Made by a program: the position numbers and the translations under genes. From Octopus bimaculoides (taxonomy: Eukaryota), in assembly GCF_001194135.2 (NCBI RefSeq), contig NC_068987.1, forward strand, positions 81,221,635-81,285,634: a stretch of DNA of 64,000 nt, given 5' to 3'. Shown piece by piece: positions 38,786 to 52,056 of the stretch. A model generated the notes under the pieces. That model searched no databases. It was not told where the DNA came from and saw only the letters and a program-made list of their open reading frames with translations. Positions within the stretch are counted from its first letter, which is position 1. Every line of letters starts with the position of its first letter.

Positions 38786-40749
38786 GAGCATATTGAAATG
38801 AACATGGATGCCTTGTGACATAAAAATTACAAGTGTAATTTTTCAGCATGCCATAGTAAAGTCTTGGGGGAACAATATATAGTAATCTATCAGGATATTT
38901 TTTTTTCTGTTTGGGTGCAGCTACTGAGTAGAAATTGAACCTGAAGCTGAAAGTTATATCCAATTAACCAAGAGATTTACACTGGCAAATATATCTTTAA
39001 TAGTAACATGACGTCATTTTTGAGATTTCCCATTTTAAAGAAAGTCTTTCTTCAACTTGACATTTTGTTAAAAAAAAAAAAGAAAATATATTTAAAAAAA
39101 TGTTCCTGCTGACAAGAAGGGCAACTTAGTGACAAGAGAGGCATCCAACTGCAGGAAAATCCACCTAACTCATCAAATTTTGATTGACCCATGTGAGCAT
39201 GAAAAAATTGACATCAAAATGATGATGGTAATGATAATGGTGATGGTGATGATAGTGTACTTCCTTCCTTTAATAAGAAAGAATTAGAAGTATTGTTTTA
39301 GAGTTGGTAAATTTTTACAATCAGTATTTATTATTCAAAGAAAATTTGAATTTTCATGGACAAATGTTCAGCAAAAGGCATTTCAGAGATTAAATTATGT
39401 GCTTGCTGAAAATCCTGCTGGGAGGATATTTGATACTGCATTGATAACTGATGCTAAGTATCACAAGCAAACTGAGTGCTATATCTAAAAGGGAAGTTTT
39501 GCTGAATCTAATTATTTGAATATTGAGAGAGAGAGGGAGGAAGAGGGGGGAGAGAGAGGGAAGGAGGCTTTAGGAATTGTGAGGACCACAAATTGGACAT
39601 GCAATATTTTTACTTGCTAGAAAATTTCATATTTAGATCTTCCCGTAGATCACTTCCATTCATGTTTAATTCCTAAAATCCTGTACAGCAGATATTCAGT
39701 CCATTGTCAAACCCTAACTTACATGAGAAACATAGCTGAAATAGTGAATTTGTTTGAGTTGAAAACTAGAACTAATCACTCTCCCGTGTGACAAACAAAT
39801 TTAGTCTCATTTCAGAGAGAACTTCCTGTTTGCACCATATGTTTATTTTTTGTGTTTTATCAAGTGGATTTCTAGATCATTTCTTCCTTTGATTTTCAAG
39901 CTTAATGGCAGTTAATTCCTCAAGCAGTGAGTTAGAATTAGGTGAAATTAGTTATTAATGATCTATTTATTTATCCATTTATTTATTATAGAAACAGAAT
40001 TTGAACTTGGGTAAAACAAATATTAGTGTCATCTATAAACACCTGTGATCTAAGTGATGTTGGGATTTATTGATTCTGAGCAGGAATGGCTTTATCATTA
40101 ATGAATGAATAGTATTAAACAAAAAAATTTGATTTACAATTATCACTTAAATGTAGTGTCTCTGTATACTGTTCGGTTTACAAGAAGAAAGTTATTATTG
40201 TAAAAAGGGTAAATAAAAAACTTATTCACTGGGCCTTACAAAATCTTTGAATGGAAGAGAAGAAGGCATATCTCTGGATGTTATTATCTAATGGAAGGTG
40301 AACAGCTTGCAAGTTACAGAGTTTAACTTGAGCACAAATCGGCCTGGAGGGAGGAAATTGATGCCTAAGAACTGATATCTTGTAAAGATATGTGAAAACA
40401 CCTATGTCTAATCAATTCATTCAATTTCTTTGTATTCAGTCTACCTTGGAAAGGGAAAATGATATGACAATAGGTTGTAAAAGCAAGAAACAAAACATAT
40501 TTACCCTATCAGTATTTACCCTATCAGTAATTTCATCCAAGTTTATGCTCTGGTTATATTTCTATGATTTTCGTACTAGCCAAAGTGTATTTCATCAAAA
40601 TCTCTAATAGGACTGAGAGTGGCTTGTTTATTCATGTGATGTTAAGGTCCACACACACACACACACACACGCGCAAACGTGTGTGTGCAGAGAATGTCTC
40701 AGAAAGTTACATATCTAGACTTGTGTATACAGGGATCATGCTCGTATCA

Positions 40750-41500
40750 ATAGAATTTGATTGTTTGTCCTAATAGATTCCTTTTCAGAATGGTCAAATG
40801 TTATTTATATTCTTACTAAAAAAAACATGATTATAAAACAATCGTTGGTATCTAGCAATACTCTTGAATATCATGAATATAATCTAGGTTCTTGGCTACT
40901 GAAAATTGGTTGGATTCCTAACAGAACACTGCCATGTCACTTGATGGAATTTACATCCCAAATAGACTGAGTATTCATTGTAAGGGTTCCTTCACTATAA
41001 GCCTAATTCTATCCCATTTGTTATTCCACATTACCATTGTGGGTGCCCTGATTAAAATGAGCACCATCACTAGTTTCAAATTACTTGAATTTAGGCCTGA
41101 TTTGGTTTGCACGAACCAAATTTCCTATTCCATTTTTGAAGTAGTGTTATTTTTAGTTTACATCACAAAGTTTGCCATGTCTAGTGTTAAACAAATGGTT
41201 CAAAATTTGAAAATGGGGTTAAAAGCATTCTTTTGCCCTGATCTAACATTTGAGACATTTTCATTCCTATGATTGCTTAGCTATTTGATTTCTTATGTAA
41301 GAAGGTTAGAAAGTATTTCTGCTATGATAGGGATATCAGTTCTATTCACCCTGAAATATGTCTTTTTCCACAGATCAGCAGATGTGATATAAAAAGGATT
41401 ATGTTCCCTTCTCATCAAAGAACTTTTAAAGGGAGATCTTTCACCAAGGGTGAACATTATTCTACTCAGATTATAAAACCCTTACATTTCTGGGACTTTT
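40750..41500 (-). mobile_element. Old LINE reverse-transcriptase remnant (clade unresolved)
   Basis: Minus-strand motifs appear in RT order: QGKRMLLTPF (QG..LSP-like), LLQKWNRKFG...IQVI (W...N..KTQ-like), YLGCKFHQVTW (YLG...LTW). Confidence 0.45.
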
Positions 41501-41577
41501 TATAGCTAGGTGCAAAACTATTATTTTGAATAAAGTATAGGTTTATACTGTATATTATAAATATGTCGTTGATATGT

Positions 41578-41800
41578 CAATGTTGGTTTCAAATTATGGC
41601 ACAAGGCTAGCAATTTCAGGGGAGGGGATTAGTCAATTACATCAACCCCAATGTCCAACTGGCACTCATTTTATCAATCCAGAAAGGATGAAAGGCAAAG
41701 TTGACCTCGGCAGAATTTGAACTCAGAACACAAAGGCAGATGAAATGCCACTAAGCATTTTGCCTAGCATGCTTAATAATTCTGCCTGCTCATCACCTTA
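41578..41800 (-). mobile_element. tRNA-derived SINE, family A
   Basis: Well-preserved copy: gaaaggatgaaaggcaaagttgacctcggcagaatttgaactcagaac. Confidence 0.9.
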
Positions 41801-41827
41801 TTGATATGTTAATATTAGTGCATAATT

Positions 41828-42047
41828 TGAAGGCAGCAAACTGACAGAATCATTAGCATATTGAGTGAAATGCTTAGTGGTATTTTGTCTGTCTTCACAT
41901 TCAATTCAAATTCCCCTGGGGTCGACTTTGCTTTTCATCTTTTTGGGGTCAATAAAATAAGTACCAGTTGCATACTGGAGTTGACGTAATCGACTTACCC
42001 CCTTCCCTGAAATTGCTGGCCTTGTGCCAAAATTTGAAATCAATATT
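41828..42047 (+). mobile_element. tRNA-derived SINE, family A (inverted relative to 41578-41800)
   Basis: gaaggcagcaaactgacagaatc...ggggtcgactttgcttttcatc...aaaataagtaccagt...ggccttgtgccaaaatttgaaatcaata. Confidence 0.9.
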
Positions 42048-43184
42048 AGTGCATACTTTTTCTGTTTGAACATAGTTATTTATATACAATGTAGTTCCAT
42101 GTACCGTTTGACCTGTCACTAGATTGAAACTTCTGAATATAAAGTACCATGTGTAAACAGGATAATATTTGAATAAACTCTGTATAACACAACAGATAAA
42201 TTCACAATTCATTAATTTTTCAATAAGTTTTTGATCACTAATTAGATTCTTATTTCAAGTTTCAAGAACACTAAATCTCTTTTGAATTTTCATAACTAAT
42301 TCTTCCCACTCAAAGTGAGACAAACTTTTGAAAATTTGAGCTCGTTATAATATGATATAAGTTTTCACTTCAAAGAACAAAGGTGCGTACAATATAAATT
42401 TTATTATAAGAAGCTACTGTATATCTCAATATTATTTTGAATATTAATATTAATTATTATAATTTTATTGCATACAAATATTGTTTACATGCAATGAAGT
42501 TATGAAAATTATCTCTATAATCATTTCTAATCCTTTGGTCTAAGTGAAAGTGATTATTATGTCAACAAAAAATAGAAAGTGGAACACATTAATAGTGTAA
42601 ATAATAAGAGAGAAGTCCTTTAATGTAACCTGTTCAAATAGCAAACTTTGATTTAAAGGCCATAAGTTATTTGTATAAAATTCAGTTACAAGGCTGGTGT
42701 CAAATTTGAAGTGATGGCCAAGACAAGTTTGGGAAACAATTTACATTTTTATGATAATCTTGAAGAAAAAACGAGGTTATATGATCAGTGGATCATAAAT
42801 GTTTATGTTTTTCTGTATATTGATTCAAAAAAGAAAATCAATACTTGTAGGCTACCTAAGTCACTTGAGGGTGACTTTGCATAATGTTTTGAAGGTTATT
42901 ACTTGACTGGAAGAGGATACCAGCAATATCCAGTTTTAGGTGGAAACTGTGTATGTATATATCTTTCAGCATGAATCTATAAGCAGTGGTTCTGATCATG
43001 GTATCATGAGAATCTGTTGATTTTCCTTGTGTTGAACTAACAAGCAATACAAGACAGTAGCTTTGTAATTAAACTGGTTTCTAACTATACAACCAAAAGA
43101 TTAAACTCTGCTATTGTATTGTGCATTTAAATAGGGCAGAAATCCATTTGCATTTCTTAAAATAAAAAGAAGCAGTCTTAGTCT

Positions 43185-43262
43185 ATGATTGAAAGGTGGT
43201 GCTCCAGCATGGCCACATTCAAATGACTGAAACAAGTAAAATAGTAAAAGAGTAAAGAGTAA
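43185..43262 (+). mobile_element. SINE family B tail fragment
   Basis: aaaggtggtgctccagcatggccacattcaaatgactgaaacaagtaaaa. Confidence 0.7.
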
Positions 43263-43639
43263 AGAGACAAAATGAAATAATTGTTGCAACAGTATACCAA
43301 TGATTTGATCTTCAAAAATTACTACCCTTCTGGAACAATATTGTTAAATAAAGTAGACTGATACATAGGCTGTTAGATAAATTCTTTCATTTTTTTTTCT
43401 ACTTGGCATTCTATTGTAATATGTGTGAAAAAAAAAAAAAACTTTATTCAAATTTAAAAAATGAAAACAAAAGTTATAGAGGAAGTATAGAACTAAATAA
43501 TAAACTATAAAACACCATGATAAAAAGATATTTTTCATGCTAATTCATATAACAGTAGAAAGGACTAAAATAAATGGAAAAAGTGAACAAATTTATCTGA
43601 CAACCCTGTGTGTGTGTGTGTGTGTGCATGTGTGTATAG

Positions 43640-44000
43640 ATTTGTTGGATTCTGTCAAACCATCTAACTCATGCCAGCTTGGAAAACAGACACAAAATGA
43701 TGGTTGTGATGACACCTGCTCCTGTCCCTCTCTCTTAGTTTGTTATCTCTCAATCCTATACCCCAGTCAGTTGAGGGGGTCTTGTCAGTGACCTCATCAA
43801 TGCTGGTGATACATAAAAAGCACCCAATACATTCTGAGAAGTGGCTGGCATTAGGAAGAGCATTCAGCTGTAGAAACTGTTCCAAGATAGACACTAGAAC
43901 TTAGCATAGCCTTCTGGCTCATCTATTCATGTTGAATTGTGCATTTCATGCCATCTTCAAAAAAAGGGATGTTGAAAATAGTGATGATGATGGTGATATA
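43640..44000 (+). mobile_element. Two RTE-type 3'-tail fragments
   Basis: gtcaaaccatctaactcatgccagcttggaaaacagac and aaaagcacccaatacattctgagaagtggctggcattaggaagagcattcagctgtagaaac...gatgatg. Confidence 0.65.
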
Positions 44001-47000
44001 TATACGGAAGACGTAGTGTGACTAAAAGCTTTATTAGCACAACAACCGTTTTGGCTACATTCTGCACTGCTCCCTAGTGGGTGTGGGACGAAGTAATGAC
44101 ATCAGATGCAATGCACAGTGCAGTAAGCTTCATCAAGTAATGTAACATGCTTTAAAATTTACTAGATTTACATTTTGTTTTTGTTCCATGATATATGCTG
44201 GTGGTGAGTTGCTAGCAGTTCAGACACATTTTGGTTAAGTGAAGAAGATGTGATCAGGAAGGAAATGAAAAAATAAAAACAAAAGAATCTAATGTAAACA
44301 GGGGTGGGTTTATAGTTGTGGTTAAGAAGTGGTTGCTAAAAAAATAAAATAAAAGTAAAATACAAAGAGTCTAATGAGAGCAAGTGCAAGAAATGAACGA
44401 GAGTGAGCGCAAGAAAAAGAATGAGAAAGGGTATTTTTTGATGAGGTAAGTTAAAGAGTAAAATCTTCCCATCGAGTGTGTTTCAAACTGTATTTCATTC
44501 AAGCTATATTTTATTTCAACACACTCTAGTAGTAGTTACTCCACAAAAAAAAAAACAACCTAAACCTACTTTTATGGTAATGTAGTTCATACTTTCACTG
44601 GAAAATAGGTCCTAGAACAAGAATAACCAAAACTTGTCTTTTGCATGTGGTTGAGTGAAATATATTGAAAAGAAACCAATATAGTTTACTCACCCTAATA
44701 CATATTTAATCATTGATATTACTTCTTGAAGTGTTAAATTAGAGGTATTAATACTTTACTTGTTCGTTTTCTTCTATTTTCTAAATACTGATAGCTTAGA
44801 TTTCTTTGCTTTAAAAATCAACTTAATATATATCATGAACTATATTTTCTCTCTCAACATCATGATATATATTTTTTGTGTATTTCTTCAATTCACTATG
44901 GTATGAGATAGTTCCAAATGATTTATAAGAAACTGTCAGTTGCAGAAGTTCTGAAAAGCTATCAATTGTTCCTCTTTTACATTTCTCAGAAATACTGATA
45001 TTGACTTCCAGTTACACATAACTCGAATGCCTTTATCTGTTAATTTCGCTGCCATTTTCATTTCCATCATATAAATTGAATCTTTCTTGGTGATACAAAA
45101 ACAAACATCATTTCTTAATTCATTTGAAAAACAGCATTACTTATTATTGATTGCTGCAGTTTTTTCTTATTCTTTATTGAAATGCAATTTCTTGTTGTAT
45201 TAATACATATTAATGAAGTTTATCTTGAGAGTTTAGCCACAAGGATTTTTCATTTACCTACACAAAAATTAGATTATCACTAATAATTGCTCAATATTAG
45301 AATTAATGTTCTACTTGTCCATATATTTTCAAGAGCATGATAAATTCTGTATATAATTTTGTCTAATATGCAACTTCTTTACTGGTTTGAGATTTGAAAT
45401 TATTTACTTCAGTTTTATAGGAATAAACTTTGTGGTAATGTATAATAAAAGAAGACATCAGCTTCAATTATTTATCTCAAGTGTAATAAATAAATGTTTT
45501 TCCTTAAAATATCTTAATTTCTGTTCTTGTTAGAAAATATTTAAAATCCTCATCACTTAAAATTTATAAAATACATTTTGTCTATTATTTAAGGTGTGCA
45601 CTTATCTGAATCATGTGCTGAACTATGATTTATGCACTGTATATAAAAACATTTCTAAAAATATTTCATTATACATTTACACACTTTGTGTTTATTTTAG
45701 TTTATTTAGATGGAAAATAGCTTCACACTCTATTTCTTGGTAAGATTTTTCTACCTTTAACTTGATACATTTTCTCCTCAATTACATCCTATATATAATA
45801 TTCAAATTCTCTTATCAAACCATTTCACTATTTAACTCTATAATATTGTTTGAAAGTTTATGAAAATAAACTCTTAGTATAATTGCAACATATTTTTATG
45901 TCTATTTTTTATGCTTTAATTGGTTATTAACAAAAATTTATTTTAATATGAAGAAATTATTATTTCATATGGAATTTATATTTGGTATTAATTCTAGAAA
46001 ATTATTTGGTATATTAAAAGAGTATATCAACATTTGAAAACTGTATACCATTTTTATTTGTGTATGATGTACAATATTTCTGTAGACTTTTAAGCCCCAG
46101 AATTACGTGCGTATATTACAAGAACTGTTAACTATTTTCCTGCAGTTATATTTGGAATAAAACATTTTATAAATACATCCAAATGATGTATAATGAAGAA
46201 TTTAAATGGCATAATGATGTTATATCTTGTATTATACTGACAATACATTAAGTCTTAACATTCTAAGTCAATGGTAATTTGTCTAATTAGTTGGACATAG
46301 AAAGCCAAAGAATTGAACATTCTTAGATTTAGTCATATATTCCAATAGAAATTTAAATTCATGGCAAACTTGAAATGGAAATCTCTTGTTATTAGTGTAC
46401 AAAGCATTTTAAATCTACGTTCCTGCCATGTTATAGCTACCAGGTAGGTTATATGCAGTTTCTTTTATTCTTTTTATATCATGAGTTTGTGAATAATAGA
46501 ATCATTTGTTAGAAAGTGATTATGAGCCAATCTGGTTTACTGTTATTCTTTAATGTAAATCAATGTAATGTGATCTAATTTATTTATTAGTCATTATGTT
46601 AGTTATATATCATTTATGTTGAGTTAACCATATCATATTACTGATACATTTGACTGATATGAACCCGAATTGGTGTTTCTACATGGTCATTTGACATGTT
46701 AGATATATAAGCCAAATCTCCTTCATATCACTCCTCATTCTTTTAAAGATGGTACACATTAAACAATGTAGGCAGAAAAGAAAGAAAAAAAGCAAGTTAG
46801 TTATGATTGGGTGGATCTGCCATATCAGAATTGGTTGGTTGGACGGGAATGAACAACAATATATACTTATTTTATTGATTTACAAGCTATGGAAAGGAAA
46901 TTCAACCTTGGAGTAGAGAAGATCAAAATTATATATTTTTAAGGTGTTTGATTATATAGTAGACTATGCTTTGCTTATAAGGTCTAATAACACTGAAATA

Positions 47001-47649
47001 TGTTGGAAATTGTCCTTGTAAAACTAAACTTCCGGTTCACCTGAACTGCATTTCATATTTAATTAATTTTCAAATTCTGGGGTTGTCTTCCTTGCATTTC
47101 TTTACCAGAATTAATAGTTTAAGTAATGACATTTTTTCATCATTAATAATACAAATTTAATTAATTAAAATTTCTTGACTTACAGCATTAAATATATTCA
47201 TGCTCACTTTACCACTTGGTATGCTACTGCATCTTTTCTTCAATTTGACTTTGCTAAAAATATCTATAATTATAAAAAGGTAAATTAATGTGCAAGATTT
47301 AAAGTTATACATTTGAACTTTGATTTAATTTTAATAATTATTCTTTTGCTTTCTTTAATTAATATTTTCCACAATAACTTATTTACTAAAGTTACTTCTA
47401 AAACAAAGAAATTTATGTAATATCTCTAATTGAATACTGAAGACATTTTTGTTTTACTTTTCTGAATTCCAATATTGCTTAGTTAACTTTGTCTGGCACT
47501 CTTCTATCAGTGTTCTCTATTCTCATATTGCCTTTTACTCATATATCTTATTCTTTCAAATTTGTTGACGCTGTCTCAGTCAAAATACTTTGATTTATTT
47601 TTTTTCTCATAATTTCATTACCATTGCTAAATCGACTTTCATTGGCTGT

Positions 47650-47900
47650 ACAGCAAAGAGTATACATAGATCTTATTCACTAAAATATTTTGTATTGTTT
47701 CCTTTTTAGCAGTTTAAAAGAATAATGATATTAAAAACCAACAAATAAGGGCAAGCCACCTGTGCACTACAGGGTAATTTGAATATAAATTTATAAAATA
47801 TCCAGATGGATAAAAAGTTTCTGGAATTTAGGTAATTTGAAGGACAGATCCTTGAGATTCGGTTATCATTTTCACTTTAATCATCCAGTATTTAGCATCG

Positions 47901-47977
<77 letters not shown>

Positions 47978-48404
47978 TATATAAGTTTTTTGANNNNNNN
48001 NNNNNNNNNNNNNNNNNNNNNNGAATGATAAAGAGATAACACATTGTCAAATTCAATAGGTCATAATACCATCAGAACACATAACTTTGTATAAAAAGTC
48101 CAAGAAATAATTGACAAGAACCCCAGAAAATCAACCAGAGCCATTACAAAGTACCTCAAGGTTTCAGAATGAACCATCAGAAGAGTTGTGCAAGACAATG
48201 TCCGATACAAGTTATATATGATGTGGAGGGGTCAGTTTATGTCAGATGTGTCGAGTAAGACACATTTGATTCACACAAAACACTTGCTAAACAAGTTAAA
48301 ACACCAAGAAGCTGGACAGCAAAGAGTATACATAGATCTTATTCACTAAAATATTTTGTATTGTTTCCTTTTTAGCAGTTTAAAAGAATAATGATATTAA
48401 AAAC
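47650..48404. repeat. 89-bp direct repeat (47650-47738 and 48316-48404) enclosing a copy of 50001-50693
   Basis: Identical 89-bp flanks. The enclosed sequence matches 50001-50169 and 50400-50693 with 8 substitutions over 463 aligned bp (manual count). Confidence 0.92.
47994..48022. other. Assembly gap
   Basis: Run of N. Confidence 1.
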
Positions 48405-48524
48405 ATATTCCAAATACAGCATTACTTCTCCAAAGTTTGAGCAGGCTTCTTCTTTCATGAAAAGCCAATTAAGAAAATTCATTATAGAAGAGTGAAACCA
48501 TGTCTATTTTGTAATATCTTTTTA

Positions 48525-48655
48525 TCTTTTATCATTTACTTGTTTCAGTCATTAGACTGAGGCCATGCTGGGGCACCACCTTGAATTTTTAATCAAATGA
48601 TTCAACCCCAGTAGATGTTTTTAAGCCTGATACTTATTATATTGGTCTCTTTTGC
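48525..48655 (-). mobile_element. SINE family B tail, reverse orientation
   Basis: tttacttgtttcagtcattagactgaggccatgctggggcaccacc. Confidence 0.75.
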
Positions 48656-49039
48656 TATTGGTATTTTTGCATATAAGTTTCTTTTCAAACCTTGATTAAA
48701 TCCTTGACTGGGATTGCTTGCTATATATAGTTTTATCTAATTGTTTAATTTGTTTTAATATTTTTTAAAATTTTCTTACTTCTATCATATATTTCTTTTA
48801 TATTTCCTACAGAGAACATATTCATCAGATACATGGACATCTGAAGTTGTGTAATTAAAAAATATGTAAATTGTTTGAAGCTAATGTTACAATTTATATG
48901 ATAATTATCACTTTATTTGAAAAGATTAATCAGAAATTTCTAGTTGTTTAATCCATTCTCCTGCTCTCTCTTCCTCCTCTTCCTCTCCCCTTAATCCTTT
49001 TACACCTCTGCTACCTCCTCCTCCACTCCTTCATTTTAT

Positions 49040-49230
49040 GTCCCTTTTATATGCTGGCATGGGTTTGGATAGTCGCTTACAGTGCAAATAATTTCTAATT
49101 CAGATTTACTACTCTCCTGAATGGGTCAGAAGACTACATCTGGCTTGTAGTCTCAATTTTGGCATGATTTATGCACCTGGACACCCCTCAAACACTAACC
49201 ACTTTACATTATCAAAGATGATGATGAAGA
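49040..49230 (-). mobile_element. Degenerate RTE-type tail, reverse orientation
   Basis: atgctggcatgggtttggatag...acacccctcaaacactaaccactttaca. Confidence 0.45.
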
Positions 49231-50189
49231 CCATTTAAGTGACTGGGCTTCTTGTTTGATTTTTGACATTTTGACTTCTCAGCTTCTTCAATATTTGGCT
49301 GATACCTTTCTGGGATGGAAAAGCATTTTAGTTACTTTTTGTAATCTTTATTTTTATGGGAAATTTTATTCTATTTATATATAGGTATTTTAATTCACTA
49401 GATTTATGGAATCACAAAGTTCCCTTGTCAACAATGAACCAACACTATTTTATATCTAAATATTTTCCTTAAATTTCTTTCATAGCTTGAAAAAATTTCA
49501 ATCAAGAAAAACATAGGCAACAAGCAAAATAATATTGTATATTTTCCTCTGTTCGATATGGTATACTCATTCCATTTGGGCAGTATAGTTTATCTTCCAA
49601 CAGTGTAGTTATCTTTCTTTCTTGTTCATTTTCTCTCTTCAAAGCAACATCTTTACTTCCTCTTGCTCCAGTTTTAGCTCTTGTCAACCTCTCTCTTTAG
49701 GTGTATTTCTTTACATCTTACTTCATTTTTCCCCTCAAATTCTCACCAAACAAGTGACCCTGTTCCTGGTGCTCACTTTTGATTTTGTTGTTGAATATAT
49801 ATTTATCAGTTAAAACAATGAAACTGTTTCAGAAGAAAATATTGTCCTTGGGAGGTGCTTAACAAAACTCCCCTTACTATGTTCTTGACATACACAGCTA
49901 CTATTCATGCCCCCTCACCATGTAGCATTCCTTGTACTTTCTACACCTCTCAGTTCCCCTCTCAATATGGTTTAAGGAAGTGAACCAAAAAACGTATGAC
50001 AACCAACAAATAAGGGCAAGCCACCTGTGCACTACAGGGTAATTTGAATATAAATTTATAAAATATCCAAATGGATAAAAAGTTTCTGGAATTTAGGTAA
50101 TTTGAAGGACGGATCCTTGAGATTCGGTTATCATTTTCACTTTAATCATCCAGTATTTAGCATCGTGCATATATATATATATATATATA

Positions 50190-50276
50190 NNNNNNNNNNN
50201 NNNNNNNNNNNNNNNNNNNNNNNNNNNNNNNNNNNNNNNNNNNNNNNNNNNNNNNNNNNNNNNNNNNNNNNNNNNN
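50190..50276. other. Assembly gap
   Basis: Run of N. Confidence 1.
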
Positions 50277-51409
50277 GAGCCTCAACTTTCTCCTCACTTA
50301 TTTTTGCTACCTTACTCTTCAGATAACTAATGTCAAAGATCAGGTTAGCTCAGCAAATGAAAAGGTAGGCTATAATTGTTACTAAAAATGCAGCAGAGTG
50401 AATGATAAAGAGATGACTCATTGTCAAATTCAATAGGTCATAATACCATCAGAACACATAACTTTGTATAAAAAGTCCAAGAAATAATTGACAAGAACCC
50501 CAGAAAATCAATCAGAGCCATTACAAAGTACCTCAAGGTTTCAGAATGAACCATCAGAAGAGTTGTGCAAGACAATGTCCGATACAAGTTATATATGATG
50601 TGGAGGGGTCAGATTATGTTAGATGTGTCGAGTAAGACACGTTTGATTCACACAAAACACTTGCTAAACAAGTTAAAACACCAAGAAGCTGGAATGCTTT
50701 GGTTTTCCTAAGATGAGAAAAAATTTGTTCGGGACCTAAAGGTAAACCAAATGAATGCCTGATGGATATACAGAGACCATAATAGAATTGCAGCAGTCAT
50801 GCATATTAAGTTGCCAGCAATGGTTTTGGGAGTTGTCAGCAGTGAGGGAGATGTCATACCTCCTCACTTTTTTCACAAGGCTTAAGAATCAATACCTCTT
50901 TCTCCACAGAGGTGTTGGAGAAAGTTGTGAGGCTCTGGGTAGACATAGTATGCAACAGAAGACTGTATATCTTCCAAAAGATTCTGCACCATCTCATAAG
51001 GCAAGGACAATTCTAGAATAGATGCACACCTATTACTATGACCATGTTCTCCCAGACACATGGCCTCCTAGCTCACCATATCTCAATCTATTCTGGACTG
51101 TTACATACAGGGCATAATCAAGAGAGAGGTCAACACCTCCATTACACCATACAATATCTAAAGTCTGACATAACCAACACTATGTCCAAAATTGGTAAGG
51201 ATCATCTGATTCAAGCATGTCAATGCTTCTGAACATGTATTGATGCAACCATGGATGCTAATGGATGGATTCCCTGAATAAGTGTAATAAAAAGATTCTC
51301 AAGATATTTACACCAATTTGTTTTCAAATAAAGCTTTTCTTTGATGATCTGTGTCTTTTCCTAAATTCATATACATGACCTTAAAAACTAAAAAATTTGA
51401 TATACTCTG
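50277..51409 (+). mobile_element. maT/DD37D-type Tc1-mariner transposon, decayed
   Basis: Peptide remnants DEKKF (about 50713), MVLGVVSSEGDVIPPHF, DSAPSHK, WPPSSPYLN. The 3' end aaatttgatatactctg|TA is mirrored by gagagtatataagttttt at 47973 in the duplicated 5' copy. Confidence 0.85.
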
Positions 51410-51424
51410 TATATATATATATAT

Positions 51425-51860
51425 ATAGCAGAGATACCCTGCATTGCCTGTGTCATATGGAATTGAAGAATTATACTTTTCTTTTATATTTTCTCTAATG
51501 AACTGGAATATCTATGATTCGAATTTCATCAAAATTGGAGATTAAGAATTTTAATGGGGGTTCTTTCCCTCTTTTCACACCCTAATAAAAATTCTAATCA
51601 TGACATATTTATCTCATACTGCTTATTTTTATGCCTAGATTCCAAAATCCAAATCTTATGAAACCCATTCAAAGAATTTTTGTTCCTGAGAAATGGAGCA
51701 CATGAAGTTCTGAAAAGGATGGGGGAGGGGGTTAAGGCCCCCTATTAGGAGTGTCTTAAAGTCAACCAGAGAAGTTGAATTGTTGGGTATCTTTTTTAAC
51801 TTGTGTCTTGTATCTATTGTTCAAATTTCTTTGAAATCAGAAATATATGAATGTTCACTG
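51425..51860 (+). mobile_element. Helitron/DINE-1-like non-autonomous element
   Basis: Begins tagcagagataccctgcattgcctgtgt (cf. ACTAG...CCCGGCGTTGCCCGG 5' ends) and contains gaatttcatcaaaattgga and ttcaaatttctttgaaatc blocks. Confidence 0.5.
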
Positions 51861-52025
51861 GGTTTGTAAAAGAGAGCAAGGCTAGTGGAAACCAAAAGAC
51901 AAATGAGACTCTTTCAGTTTTGGTTGGTCTAGGGCCCAAAGTGCTGCACAGTGGGAACCCAAAACTACATTTTTGGGAATCAAGCTTCTTAACTACACAG
52001 TGATATCTTTACCACAGTCACACTG

Positions 52026-52056
<31 letters not shown>

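Noticed and set aside
40950-41110. Minus-strand peptide ...NKWDRIRLIVKEP, reminiscent of the XRCC1 N-terminal domain (WDRVKIVCSQP)
   Set aside because: Flanked by stops with no splice support; neighbouring frames give LINE RT motifs in the correct order, so the match is probably chance.
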